Shown in pieces: positions 19,181-28,645 of a DNA stretch of 64,000 nucleotides (positions within the stretch are counted from its first letter, which is position 1; the number at the start of each line of letters is the position of its first letter). The stretch lies in the NCBI GenBank assembly GCA_001001045.1, contig LCIL01000002.1:9127-73126 (forward strand). The letters run 5' to 3'. The DNA comes from Candidatus Woesebacteria bacterium GW2011_GWA1_44_23 (lineage in GTDB: Bacteria > Patescibacteriota > Microgenomatia > UBA8517). The notes beneath the pieces were generated by a model. It was not told the origin of the DNA. It worked only from the letters and a program-made list of their open reading frames with translations, and searched no databases. Made by a program: the position numbers and the translations under genes.

Positions 19181-20230
19181 TTAACCAGTTAATTCAATTT
19201 TTTCCACTTTTTTCAAATTACCGATAAAGTGAGGGTCTGCTGTCGTAATAATAGTTTGCTGATTCTTTGTTAGTCCCATCACGATATCCCGGTGTTTGTG
19301 GTCAAGTTCCGAAAAAATATCGTCAAGAAGAAGAGTTGGTTTTTCCCCTGTTTTTTCTTCAATAAAGGCAAGCTCTGCCATTTTTAGCCACAAAATTCCC
19401 ATTCTCTGCTCCCCACGGCTTCCGTATGCCGCAAGGTCTCTATTTTCCAGTTTGAAAATAAAATCATCCCTATGAGGCCCCACTAAAGTTGTTGCGGCAG
19501 CTACTTCTTCCTCTTTGTACTGCTCCAGCCGTCCTTCGCTTATTACCGAACGGTCATAGGCAAGTTGAAAATCCTGGCTATTAACGCCATGCAGTTTATT
19601 TATAAATTCGATAAATTCTTCTCTCTTAACCGTAATATAGTCACCATTTTTAATAAGAAGCTGGTTCCAAAAAACAAGCTGGCTGCGGGAGACCCCTTCC
19701 TCGCGTATGCGGAAAAGAAGCCTATTTCTTTGCCTGACGCCTTTTTCATAAGAAAGGACGCTTCTTCTATATTCCCTATCAACCTGCGAGATAACAGTAT
19801 CCAAAAATTTTCTTCTGAGAGACGGTGATTCCGTAACAAGATCCATATCCCATGGGCCAAAAAGAACGGTTTTAAAGTTTCCCGAAAAATCAACCAACCG
19901 TTTTGGTAGTCCATTTACCAAAAGTTTCTTCCGCACCACTTTTTCGGGTCTTTGGGTTCCTATATCAATAAGCCCCCGTGTTACTACCGCCTCCAGGACG
20001 GTTCCCCCCGAAGATGTTCCCTTAACCCGTGCCAGATCCTTTTCGTAGTTAACCATCTCTTCCTCCACCCTGGCCTTAAAGCTTCTACCTGTCGAGAGAA
20101 GAAATACACTCTCCATTATGTTGGTTTTGCCCGATGCGTTGGGCCCCACTATAACAGTTATTTTTGGCGAAAATTCAAAAATATCTTTTATAAAATTCCT
20201 AAAACCCAGAACTTTGATTGATTTGATCAC
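19181..20230 (-). CDS. recF: DNA replication and repair protein RecF
   Basis: FRN, GPNASGKTN, GPHRDD, GSRGEQR, LLLDDIFSELD. Confidence 0.93.
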   Translation of the reverse strand: MIKSIKVLGFRNFIKDIFEFSPKITVIVGPNASGKTNIMESVFLLSTGRSFKARVEEEMVNYEKDLARVKGTSSGGTVLEAVVTRGLIDIGTQRPEKVVRKKLLVNGLPKRLVDFSGNFKTVLFGPWDMDLVTESPSLRRKFLDTVISQVDREYRRSVLSYEKGVRQRNRLLFRIREEGVSRSQLVFWNQLLIKNGDYITVKREEFIEFINKLHGVNSQDFQLAYDRSVISEGRLEQYKEEEVAAATTLVGPHRDDFIFKLENRDLAAYGSRGEQRMGILWLKMAELAFIEEKTGEKPTLLLDDIFSELDHKHRDIVMGLTKNQQTIITTADPHFIGNLKKVEKIELTG

Positions 20231-20254
20231 GTATGACTTTGAATTAAATACAAT

Positions 20255-21646
20255 TTATCTACCTTTTTCAATATTGACGTCCTGGTATTCTATTTTTGGG
20301 GCTTTCAACCAAAGAGATTTTAGCTTTTCCCAGTAAATTTTTTTGTCTGCATGTAAGCCTTCGGAAAAAACGACAACCTCACAATCAAGCTTTTCAACAA
20401 AATGCTGGTAGCGTGCCCAGGGAATAATTGTGTCATCTTTAAAGAAGATTATTTTTTTCGGGACTTTTACCTTTTTGAATCTAACCAAAATCGATTCACC
20501 TATCAAATTCACTGCTGTGCCGAAAACTGAAAAATAGTAGCTTTTCATCCTGTCTATGGTAAAGGAGGATATATGAGGTAGTTTTAAAATCTTTCTGATG
20601 ATCTTAGTTGTATTGAATCTCGAATAGATAAAAAGTGCCGGCCTAAGCAAGAAAAACGGAGTAAGAATTTTGTAAATCCTGCGGTTGATCTTCGACAAAA
20701 TGAATCTCGGTACGGAGTTTAGAAGTATAAGTTCTTTCAACTTACCGGGGTTATTATAAGCGTAATTAACGGCAACAAGTCCGCATGAGGAAAAACCCAC
20801 GATTGTAAAGTTGTCCAATCCCAATTCTTTAACAAAGCTTTCAACAAAATCCGTGAGCGTGGTAAGGTCGTAGATTTTTTCCGGGTCATGAATCATCGGA
20901 AAATCTAGCGCAATTACACGGTAGTTCTTGGACAAACTTCTGCCCAACTTTTGATACATCAGTCCGCTATCGGCATAGCCGGGCAAAAAAAGAAGTGTTT
21001 TTAGATTCCCCGCACCGTATTCATAGTAATGGAACTGTTCTTTCAGCTTCATTGAAGGGTTTTCAAAGAAAGTTTTTGCCAAAATCGGGAAGTTCAGAAA
21101 TGCACCAAGGTTATTTACTCCGTATCTTATTAACGCATTTATAAAACTCTTTCTGATCCCTCTGAAAAAGCCATGATTCCCCGTCATTAAGAAATAATTT
21201 ATCCTGGTTTTGTCAAAAAAATCCAGGGTGTCCGCGTCCTGAAGGATTTTGGCATAAAGGCTGTGTCCTTTATTCAACTTCTTAAAAGGAAAGCTGTGCG
21301 CATGTCTGAAAACCGCATCTACCATAGTTTCTTTCGTCTCGTCCGAAATATCAAATTTTTTCAAAGCCGTGCGAATCATCCGCCGTTCGATTCTGCCTTC
21401 AAAAATATATGTGTAGATATTCGGCTTTCTCACGCTGTAGGTAATATCGTGAAGAAGGCAGATTGCGGCAAGCAGGTTTTTATCAATCCTTTCTTCAACA
21501 CTCAAAAGCTTTGCGATTTTCAGGGCATTATCTTTAACACGGATAATATGATAGTCATTATGACTGACAGATTTGAGGTCAGACATTCTGGAAAGCGCGA
21601 ATGCCTCAATGGTCTTATAAGTTTGCTCGTTTAGTCCGATATCCAT
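20255..21646 (-). CDS. HD-domain phosphohydrolase fused to an alpha/beta hydrolase
   Basis: H...H...LLHD...DAD.LD in the N-half; FLPG, GFSSCG, DD and H motifs in the C-half. Confidence 0.75.
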   Translation of the reverse strand: MDIGLNEQTYKTIEAFALSRMSDLKSVSHNDYHIIRVKDNALKIAKLLSVEERIDKNLLAAICLLHDITYSVRKPNIYTYIFEGRIERRMIRTALKKFDISDETKETMVDAVFRHAHSFPFKKLNKGHSLYAKILQDADTLDFFDKTRINYFLMTGNHGFFRGIRKSFINALIRYGVNNLGAFLNFPILAKTFFENPSMKLKEQFHYYEYGAGNLKTLLFLPGYADSGLMYQKLGRSLSKNYRVIALDFPMIHDPEKIYDLTTLTDFVESFVKELGLDNFTIVGFSSCGLVAVNYAYNNPGKLKELILLNSVPRFILSKINRRIYKILTPFFLLRPALFIYSRFNTTKIIRKILKLPHISSFTIDRMKSYYFSVFGTAVNLIGESILVRFKKVKVPKKIIFFKDDTIIPWARYQHFVEKLDCEVVVFSEGLHADKKIYWEKLKSLWLKAPKIEYQDVNIEKGR

Positions 21647-21658
21647 TAGTCCATTATG

Positions 21659-22528
21659 TCACTTTTGACATTTGGGGCAGAAGTATGTCCCGCGCCCCCC
21701 CAAGAAAAACTTTTTGATTATGGCTTTGTGGCATCTTTCGCACGGCTCCCCCTGCCGACCATAAGCTAAAGTATGTTTTTGATATTTTCCTTCGGTGCCG
21801 TCAGGTGTTACAAAAGCCAGCTCAGACGCGCCCCCATACTTTATCCCCTCTTTAAGAACGGAGACTATCGCTTCATATAGATCCTTAACAGATTTTTGAT
21901 TCAGTTCTTTCGCGGGAGTTTTGGGATTTATTTTGGCAAGCCAGAGCGCATCATTGGCATAAATATTCCCCACTCCCCCAATTCTCTCCTGATCAATAAG
22001 AACCAATTTGATTGGACGCCCTGACTTGGAAAGTATTTGCTTGAACAGATTCAAAGTTAAAAATTTTCCTGTAAATTTTTTTACGACTGGTGGTTCAGGA
22101 CCAAGCTTTTTGATGAATGGTTCATTCTCGACGTCCTCGGTTTTTTCAACACGAATCCAGCCGAAACGCCGAATGTCGTTGTAATAAAGTTTTCCATCGT
22201 GATCCAGATGGAAAATAACCATCGTGTGTCGACCGGGAACCCCCCCGATTACTTTCGAGGACAGGGGTTTAGGATTTAAAAGATGGGGACCTGTATAAAT
22301 ATACTGCCCGGTGAGTTTGACATGTGTAAGTATCGAATAGCCGTTATCAAGATCGATTACCGAGACTTTTCCAAACCGTCTGGTCTCTGCTATTTTTCCG
22401 CCAATAATCTTACCTTCGTCTCCCTGAAAAGTTTTTCGGTTTTTGACTTCAACCGAAACAATTTGATGTCCCTTCAGGAATTTTCCTAATTGTAATTTTA
22501 TCGCTTCAACTTCGGGTAGTTCAGGCAT
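21659..22528 (-). CDS. mutM: Formamidopyrimidine-DNA glycosylase
   Basis: MPELPEVE, GVGNIYA, C-terminal zinc finger CERC...CPKCQ. Confidence 0.95.
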   Translation of the reverse strand: MPELPEVEAIKLQLGKFLKGHQIVSVEVKNRKTFQGDEGKIIGGKIAETRRFGKVSVIDLDNGYSILTHVKLTGQYIYTGPHLLNPKPLSSKVIGGVPGRHTMVIFHLDHDGKLYYNDIRRFGWIRVEKTEDVENEPFIKKLGPEPPVVKKFTGKFLTLNLFKQILSKSGRPIKLVLIDQERIGGVGNIYANDALWLAKINPKTPAKELNQKSVKDLYEAIVSVLKEGIKYGGASELAFVTPDGTEGKYQKHTLAYGRQGEPCERCHKAIIKKFFLGGRGTYFCPKCQK

Positions 22529-23630
22529 GTTTATTGATAAACGCAGTCATCTTCTTAATAAATATTTCCTTTGAAAATCTACGGGCGTTTTCTATTAGTG
22601 CCTCTTTTCTCCATTTAATTCTTTCGATTTTTTTGATCGCTTCCCCGAGTGAGCTTTCTGATATTTCGTCAACAAGTACACCCGTTACGCCTTCAGTAAC
22701 AGACTCTCTAAATCCCCCACCGTTAAAGGCAATGACTGGGGTTCCGGCGGCTTGTGACTCAACTACGGTCATTCCAAAATCTTCATCTTTGGCTAGTGCA
22801 ATTAATCCTTTTGCTCTCCCTAATACTTTATAGAGTTCTGGGTCTTCAAGCCTTCCCAAAAGTTTAATATTTCCACCCGAAAGTTTTCGCAATTTGCTCT
22901 CAACATCGGAAAACCCATGTGACTCCCCGACAATTCGGAGTTCGAATTTCATCTTCTTGGCAAGTTTTGAGACTTCCTCCAAACCCTTGGCACCCACCAG
23001 CCTGGAAACCATAACAAAATAATTATTTTTTTTAAGATTTGCTGTAATATTTTCAATTTCTTTTACCTCAATCGGTGGGTAAATTACGGTTGAATCTCTT
23101 CTGTAAAATTTTTCAATCCTCGCCTGAATATTTTTAGAGTTTGCTATGAAGTAATTTACTTTTTGAGCGGTTTCAAAATCATACATTCTCATAAAATGCC
23201 CGACAATCGCCGAATATATTTTTACCGGCCAGTATTTTGTAAAACCAACGGACATTTCATACCCATAAAGCCACCTCGGAGGCGTGTGGCAATAATCAAC
23301 CACTTTGGTTTTTGGCCCAACCTTAAAACCCCTGGTTATATACCAGCTCGACGAAACTATAACCAGGTCGTATGAAGATAAATCGAAGCTGCCCCAAATT
23401 GCAGGGATCAAGAACCTCAAAGGCGAATAAAGATTGCCGATTTTAAGAATCGGCGCAAACTTGCTCTCAATTATTTTTTTATTTTTAAATTGTTTATCAG
23501 CAGTAGATCCTTTAACTTTGAACGCGGTATAAATAGGAGCATCGGGAAACATCTCCGAGAGAGTTAAAAGGACTCTCTCTGCTCCCCCAAATTCCTTAAA
23601 GTAATCGTGTACTAACGCAATTTTTACCAT
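22521..23630 (-). CDS. Glycosyltransferase family 4
   Basis: GGAERV, HTPPR, EDFGMTVVESQAAGTPV. Confidence 0.9.
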   Translation of the reverse strand: MVKIALVHDYFKEFGGAERVLLTLSEMFPDAPIYTAFKVKGSTADKQFKNKKIIESKFAPILKIGNLYSPLRFLIPAIWGSFDLSSYDLVIVSSSWYITRGFKVGPKTKVVDYCHTPPRWLYGYEMSVGFTKYWPVKIYSAIVGHFMRMYDFETAQKVNYFIANSKNIQARIEKFYRRDSTVIYPPIEVKEIENITANLKKNNYFVMVSRLVGAKGLEEVSKLAKKMKFELRIVGESHGFSDVESKLRKLSGGNIKLLGRLEDPELYKVLGRAKGLIALAKDEDFGMTVVESQAAGTPVIAFNGGGFRESVTEGVTGVLVDEISESSLGEAIKKIERIKWRKEALIENARRFSKEIFIKKMTAFINKHA

Positions 23631-24548
23631 TTAAAAAAGTGTCGTCTGTTTACGTCCTTCAATTTCTTTGCCAACCTTTTGAATTCTTTCGGTTAGAGTC
23701 TTAAAACCGAATTCCTGGAAAAGTTTAATAACGTCAGGATTGTCAATTTTCCAGTTTTCCATGTCTTTGTAATTAACTTCTAAAGGGACATCTCTCACGA
23801 TAGTAGCCAACCTATGAAATAGTTTTGCATCATCTTTCTTGGCCACCAATTTTTGCCGTATATTTGGCTCTATATCGGTTAAATGAGCATAAATATGATC
23901 AATACTGTCATACTTTTCTAAAAGCTTCTCTGCCGTTACCGGACCGATTCCCGCAACTCCGGGGTAGTTATCGGACGGGTCGCCGACCAATGCTTTATAA
24001 TCCGGAATTTTATCGGCAGGAACACCCATCCGTTCCTTCGCCTCTTTCTCACCATAAAGCTTAGCATTGGTAAGTCCGGCAACCGGCATATATAGTTTAA
24101 TGTTCTTTTTGTCATCAACCAGTTGCAAAATGTCTCTGTCACCCGTTATTATGATTACCTCTTTTAATCCTCGCCCTTTACCCTCTACCACATGGTCGGC
24201 AATCGTGCCGATTACATCATCGGCCTCAAACCCAGGCATTGAGTAAATTGGAACATAAACGGCTTTAAAAAAATCTCTGGCTTTTTCAAACTGGGAAGAA
24301 AGTTCGTCTGCGGTGGGAGGCCTTTGAGATTGATATTTTCCGAACTCCTTATGACGGAAGGTCGGCTCCTTTTCATCAAAGGCAACGGCAATCGAATCAG
24401 GTACCAGATCCTGGATTGCCCTAAGAAACATTGATACAAGCCCATAAACGGCATTTATCGGCTCTCCGCTTTTTGTAGTAAGCGGCGGCATTGCATGGAA
24501 AGCTCTGTGAAGAATCGCGTTTCCGTCAATTAGGACTAGTTTTCCCAC
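23631..24548 (-). CDS. Stand-alone 5'-3' exonuclease/flap endonuclease (PolA N-terminal domain)
   Basis: LIDGNAILHRAFHA, EADDVIGT, TGDRD, GDPSDNYPGVAGIG; no polymerase domain. Confidence 0.9.
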   Translation of the reverse strand: MGKLVLIDGNAILHRAFHAMPPLTTKSGEPINAVYGLVSMFLRAIQDLVPDSIAVAFDEKEPTFRHKEFGKYQSQRPPTADELSSQFEKARDFFKAVYVPIYSMPGFEADDVIGTIADHVVEGKGRGLKEVIIITGDRDILQLVDDKKNIKLYMPVAGLTNAKLYGEKEAKERMGVPADKIPDYKALVGDPSDNYPGVAGIGPVTAEKLLEKYDSIDHIYAHLTDIEPNIRQKLVAKKDDAKLFHRLATIVRDVPLEVNYKDMENWKIDNPDVIKLFQEFGFKTLTERIQKVGKEIEGRKQTTLF

Positions 24549-24577
24549 AAGTGTATTGTACCAGAAGTATTAATTAC

Positions 24578-24682
24578 GGAGAGTTCAGACTTCCCTATAC
24601 ACTTTGGCTATTTCGGACGACACCCCAAAGTCCGAGGTGATGAAATCTGATCGAAGAAGCGCTAATACTACCCAATCTCTCC
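24578..24682 (-). ncRNA. Candidate structured non-coding RNA, family unassigned
   Basis: Nested helices GGAGAG/CUCUCC, UCAGAUUUC/GAAGUCUGA, UCGGAC/GUCCGA; own TATAAT at 24695-24700. Confidence 0.45.
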
Positions 24683-24695
24683 ACCATAAAGCGGA

Positions 24696-26579
24696 TTATA
24701 CAACTTTTTTAACACCTACAATCTTTTCAAAATCGTCGCGGTCGAGTGTTTCCTTTTCAAGTAGGGCGTTACTGATCTTGTCCAATAATTTTCTTTTCTC
24801 TTTTACAAGTTTTACTGCGGCCTTGTAGCCGGAATCTAGCAAGCTTTTAGTTTCAGCATCAATTTTCTCCATGAAAACGGGTGAATTTTGAGCCTGCTCA
24901 TACCATTCCATCTGGCCAAAATCCCCCAGACCCATATCGGGCCCCAGGTTAATCGGTCCCAGATCACTCATCCCGAATTCGACAACCATGGCCCTGGCAA
25001 TTTTTGTGGCTTGGGCAATGTCATTAGCGGCACCACTGGTCATTTCATTAAAAACTACCTCCTCAGCGGCACGCCCGCCAAGCATCGCTACGATCTGTTC
25101 TAATAGGCGCGATTTGGTCTCATGGGTTCTATCCCCTGCAGGAGGAATTAAAGTGTGCCCCAAACTCATTCCCCGGGCGACGATTGAAATCCTATGAACC
25201 GGGTCCATCCTCTTAAGAAAGTGTGTGACGATCGCATGTCCTGCTTCGTGGTAGGCGGTGAGTTTTTTATCCTCATCGCTTTGGAGTCTCTTTTTGGCAG
25301 GACCCAGTTTGACTTTGGTAGCACTTTCCTCCAGGTCCGCCATCGAAATTTGGCTATTATTGTCTCTCGCAGCACCGATCGCAGCTTCATTAAGCATGTT
25401 TTCAAGATCGGCACCTGAGAAACCTACCGTTCTGTCGGCAATCTTGCTCCAATCTACTCCCTTCGCAAATTTCTTACCACGGGCATGGATGTAAAGGATA
25501 GCCAGCCTTCCTTCTTTATCCGGCATGTCAAGAATAATCCTTCTGTCGAATCTTCCCGGTCTAAGAAGGGCCGGATCAAGGAGATCCCCCCTATTTGTAG
25601 CGGCGATAACAATTACGTTGTCATTTGGGGTAAAGCCGTCCATTTCAACCAAAATTTGATTCAGTGTCTGCTCTCTTTCATCATGCCCCCCCATAAGACC
25701 CTTCCCCCTTTGGCGTCCGATTGCGTCAATTTCATCAATAAAAATAATTGAAGGGGCGGAAGCTTTGGCTTGAGCGAAAAGATCACGGGCACGGGATGCC
25801 CCAACTCCAACCAACATTTCCATGAATTCGCTTCCCGCCATGGAGAAAAACGGCACCCCAGCTTCCCCCGCAACGGCTTTTGCCAAAAGAGTTTTACCTA
25901 CCCCGGATGGGCCCACAAGAAGTGCTCCTTTGGGAGTCCTGGCTCCTATTTTTCTGTATTTTGCCGGGTTTTTCAGAAAATCCACAAGTTCCTCAAGTTC
26001 TTTTTTAGCCTCATCTACCCCGGCAACATCAGCAAAAGTAATATTTTGTCTTCCTTTGGCAAACACTTTGGCTCTACTTCTTCCGAAGGAAAAAATATCT
26101 TGCGCCCCTTTATTCTGAGCTTTCAGGATGAAGTAGAAGAAACCCACCATTAGAAGTATCGGCAAAACTATACCCAAAACGTTCCCCATAACTTTCGAGA
26201 GTGACTGGTCCACAACCTCATAATTTACACCGGCGGGATCAATTCCTGAGTTTTTCAGAACCTCTGAAAAGCTTTCACCATCCTCCTTGGTTGAAAGCTT
26301 TATGCCGCCATCTTTGTAAGTCACGATAAGTTTTGTGCTATCTACCGTTACTTTATCCACCTTACCGGCTTTGATGTCGGTCAGGATTTGGGAAATATTT
26401 TCATTATTGGAGGTGCCAATGGTTTGAAAAGCCGCAATGATGCCTGGAATTACGAAAAATATAACTAAAAATGTAAGAGCGACCGTCCAAAGGTTGACTT
26501 TCAGTTTAAACTGGAACTGTTTCTTTCCTTTGGCATTTTTTTTACCTGAGTTTTGATTAAATATCTTTCTTGGATCCAT
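24696..26579 (-). CDS. ftsH: ATP-dependent zinc metalloprotease FtsH
   Basis: Two TM helices, [30 protein letters not shown]. Confidence 0.97.
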   Translation of the reverse strand: MDPRKIFNQNSGKKNAKGKKQFQFKLKVNLWTVALTFLVIFFVIPGIIAAFQTIGTSNNENISQILTDIKAGKVDKVTVDSTKLIVTYKDGGIKLSTKEDGESFSEVLKNSGIDPAGVNYEVVDQSLSKVMGNVLGIVLPILLMVGFFYFILKAQNKGAQDIFSFGRSRAKVFAKGRQNITFADVAGVDEAKKELEELVDFLKNPAKYRKIGARTPKGALLVGPSGVGKTLLAKAVAGEAGVPFFSMAGSEFMEMLVGVGASRARDLFAQAKASAPSIIFIDEIDAIGRQRGKGLMGGHDEREQTLNQILVEMDGFTPNDNVIVIAATNRGDLLDPALLRPGRFDRRIILDMPDKEGRLAILYIHARGKKFAKGVDWSKIADRTVGFSGADLENMLNEAAIGAARDNNSQISMADLEESATKVKLGPAKKRLQSDEDKKLTAYHEAGHAIVTHFLKRMDPVHRISIVARGMSLGHTLIPPAGDRTHETKSRLLEQIVAMLGGRAAEEVVFNEMTSGAANDIAQATKIARAMVVEFGMSDLGPINLGPDMGLGDFGQMEWYEQAQNSPVFMEKIDAETKSLLDSGYKAAVKLVKEKRKLLDKISNALLEKETLDRDDFEKIVGVKKVV

Positions 26580-26600
26580 AAGAACGTCAATTTTACACCA

Positions 26601-26951
26601 TTACCTCACTTTTGTCCCATTGGGAACTTTTTTTTGAAGCTTAAAAAGAACCGTGGGAGTTTCTTCATCTTCCTTGGGAACCGCCATGATCATCATTGCC
26701 TCCGACAGTTCACGCTCGGGACCGATTTTTTTAGGTTCGAGGTTTACCACAAACGGGAACTGTTTCCCTTCAAGATCATCCGGCTTAAAAAACTTCATTA
26801 TTCCGGAAAATGCCTTCTTTTTACCGATCTCCGGCCCCAAATCAACTTCCAATCTTATGACCCAGTGACTCCATTCCGGAACGTCGGCCTTAGTAACCGT
26901 GCCTATTCTAATGTCAACTTTCGAAAAATCGTCGAACGGAATAGTGTCCAT
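26601..26951 (-). CDS. tRNA-binding OB-fold protein (Trbp111/CsaA/MetRS C-terminal-like)
   Basis: DFSKVDIRIGTV, VVNLEPKKI...SEAM, VPNGTKVR. Confidence 0.85.
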   Translation of the reverse strand: MDTIPFDDFSKVDIRIGTVTKADVPEWSHWVIRLEVDLGPEIGKKKAFSGIMKFFKPDDLEGKQFPFVVNLEPKKIGPERELSEAMMIMAVPKEDEETPTVLFKLQKKVPNGTKVR

Positions 26952-26953
26952 TT

Positions 26954-27940
26954 TTAAATAAATCCCATTTCCTCTTTTACCTCTTTAATGGTCTGTTTGG
27001 CAATTTGACTTGCTTTTTCTGCCCCTTCCTTAATTATTTTATCAACCAAAACGGGGTTATTCTTGTATTTTTCCCTTTGTTCCTGAATCGGCTTAAGCTC
27101 ATTGTAGATTGCCTCGGCCAAATCGGATTTAAGTTCATCATATCTGACCCCCGCGCCTAAATATTCCGACTCGAAAGTTTTTCTTTTATCGGAACCTTCG
27201 AAAAGTTCAACCAACTGCAAAAGATTAGCTACTCCTCCTTTTTCGGGAACTTTATCGCCTTTGCCAGAATCTGTCGGAGCGCCTGAAAGCTTCTTTTTTA
27301 TCATTTCCAAACTGTCGGTAAGGTTGATAAAACTCCCCTCCACGGTTTTACTCATTTTCCCCTCCCCCGTCAGGGAAGGCACATATTCACCCTTTGTTGC
27401 AAATCTTTTTGGTTCCGGAAAATCGGTGCCGTACTTTTGATTCATTTTTCTGGCGATTTCGCGTGCAACCTCCAGATGCGGCTCCTGATCAACCCCCACA
27501 GGAACAAGACTTGCTTTATAAAGGAGAATATCAGCTGCCATGAGAACCGGATAATTAAGAAGTGCCATGGTTACGTTATCGGGATGTTGAGCCACTTTTT
27601 CTTTGAAAGTCGGTAGATGCTGCATCCTGGCAACTGATATTTCAGCGGAAAGGATGTGAGCCAAGTATGTGTGTTCGGGGACAAGAGACTGGACCGTAAT
27701 AATGGATTTTTCCGGATCGAGCCCGCAGGCCAGATAATCCAAAACCACGTTTCTAGTATTCTCAGCCAATTTATCCTTATCAAATGGGGTCGTTATGGCA
27801 TGCAAATCCATAACCATGTAAATGGTTTCGTACCCGGGATCGTTGGAAAGTTCCAAATAACCCTTGACTGCACCCAAATAGTTGCCCAGGTGGAGCCCGC
27901 CTGTGGCTCTGGTGCCGGAAAATACTCGTTTTCTTGTCAT
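26954..27940 (-). CDS. trpS: Tryptophan--tRNA ligase
   Basis: HLGN, YPVLMAADIL, VPVGVDQ, KMSK. Confidence 0.96.
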   Translation of the reverse strand: MTRKRVFSGTRATGGLHLGNYLGAVKGYLELSNDPGYETIYMVMDLHAITTPFDKDKLAENTRNVVLDYLACGLDPEKSIITVQSLVPEHTYLAHILSAEISVARMQHLPTFKEKVAQHPDNVTMALLNYPVLMAADILLYKASLVPVGVDQEPHLEVAREIARKMNQKYGTDFPEPKRFATKGEYVPSLTGEGKMSKTVEGSFINLTDSLEMIKKKLSGAPTDSGKGDKVPEKGGVANLLQLVELFEGSDKRKTFESEYLGAGVRYDELKSDLAEAIYNELKPIQEQREKYKNNPVLVDKIIKEGAEKASQIAKQTIKEVKEEMGFI

Positions 27941-27954
27941 ATCTGTATTCTAAC

Positions 27955-27978
27955 AAAAAATCCGCCAAAAAGGCGGAT
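27955..27978 (-). terminator. Intrinsic terminator after the tRNA pair
   Basis: ATCCGCC-TTTTT-GGCGGAT followed by a T tract on the minus strand. Confidence 0.75.
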
Positions 27979-27981
27979 CTG

Positions 27982-28054
27982 TGCCGGCGACAGGGATCGA
28001 ACCTGTGACCTAACGCTTATGAAACGTTCGCTACTACCACTGAGCTACGCCGGC
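27982..28054 (-). tRNA. tRNA-Met (CAT), probably elongator
   Basis: GCCGGCG/CGCCGGC acceptor, AACGT-TTCATAA-GCGTT anticodon arm, GGTTCGATCC T arm; CCA not encoded. Confidence 0.9.
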
Positions 28055-28078
28055 TCCTCGAAATAGCTCCAAACCGTG

Positions 28079-28148
28079 TTGCGGGGCTGGGAGTTGAACC
28101 CAGCCTGCGAGATTATGAGCCTCACGTGCAGCCGTACACTACCCCGCA
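28079..28148 (-). tRNA. tRNA-Met (CAT), initiator-like but atypical
   Basis: TGCGGGG/CCCCGCA-A acceptor like tRNA-fMet; TGAGG-CTCATAA-TCTCG anticodon arm; CTGGG-TTCAACT-CCCAG T arm. Confidence 0.85.
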
Positions 28149-28170
28149 TATAGATGAACGACTGATTATA

Positions 28171-28554
28171 TCATATAAACAGCTTCAGCCACTTCCTCCA
28201 ATTGGGATCCGGAAGCGAGTTTTGTTCAACCGTCGTCTGGGGAGCAAGCTTTCTGAGTATTTCAACGTCCGGTAAAACCACAATCGCTTCACCCTCTTTG
28301 GCAAGACCAAGTTTATCCCGAATCTGTTTCTCGATGAAAGCCGATCCTTGAGTCTGGGCGATTTGCGCTTCAAGTGCGGCGTTTTCGTCCTTCATTTTTT
28401 CCACCTTCTGTTTTTCCTCCTGCACGGCGCTATTGATACCCCTCACTCTTCCTATATTCCTAACGGTTGAGACGAGCAAAAGAAGCGCCAATACCCAAGT
28501 AGCGATCCCCAGCAGGGTTTTAGCCTTAATTTTGACATATTCTATAATTTTCAT
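28171..28554 (-). CDS. Septum formation initiator (FtsB/DivIC family)
   Basis: TM helix, coiled coil, FIEKQIRDKLGLAKEGE. Confidence 0.8.
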   Translation of the reverse strand: MKIIEYVKIKAKTLLGIATWVLALLLLVSTVRNIGRVRGINSAVQEEKQKVEKMKDENAALEAQIAQTQGSAFIEKQIRDKLGLAKEGEAIVVLPDVEILRKLAPQTTVEQNSLPDPNWRKWLKLFI

Positions 28555-28573
28555 TTTATCATCCTGTAATACG

Positions 28574-28601
28574 TTGACATCTTCCTAATTTCGGCTATAA
28601 T
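28574..28601 (+). promoter_or_regulatory. Consensus sigma70 promoter for the recombinase gene
   Basis: TTGACA-16 bp-TATAAT. Confidence 0.75.
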
Positions 28602-28645
28602 TGCATGGCAATTGGGTAGATTATCCTGCATCAAATCATATTATT

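Noticed and set aside
24578-24682. Assigning the structured element to 5S rRNA, SRP RNA, or a THF/cobalamin riboswitch
   Set aside because: Only short fragments resemble these (GGGAAGUCUG, GGUGUCGUC); the conserved cores and helix order do not match by eye, so it is left unassigned
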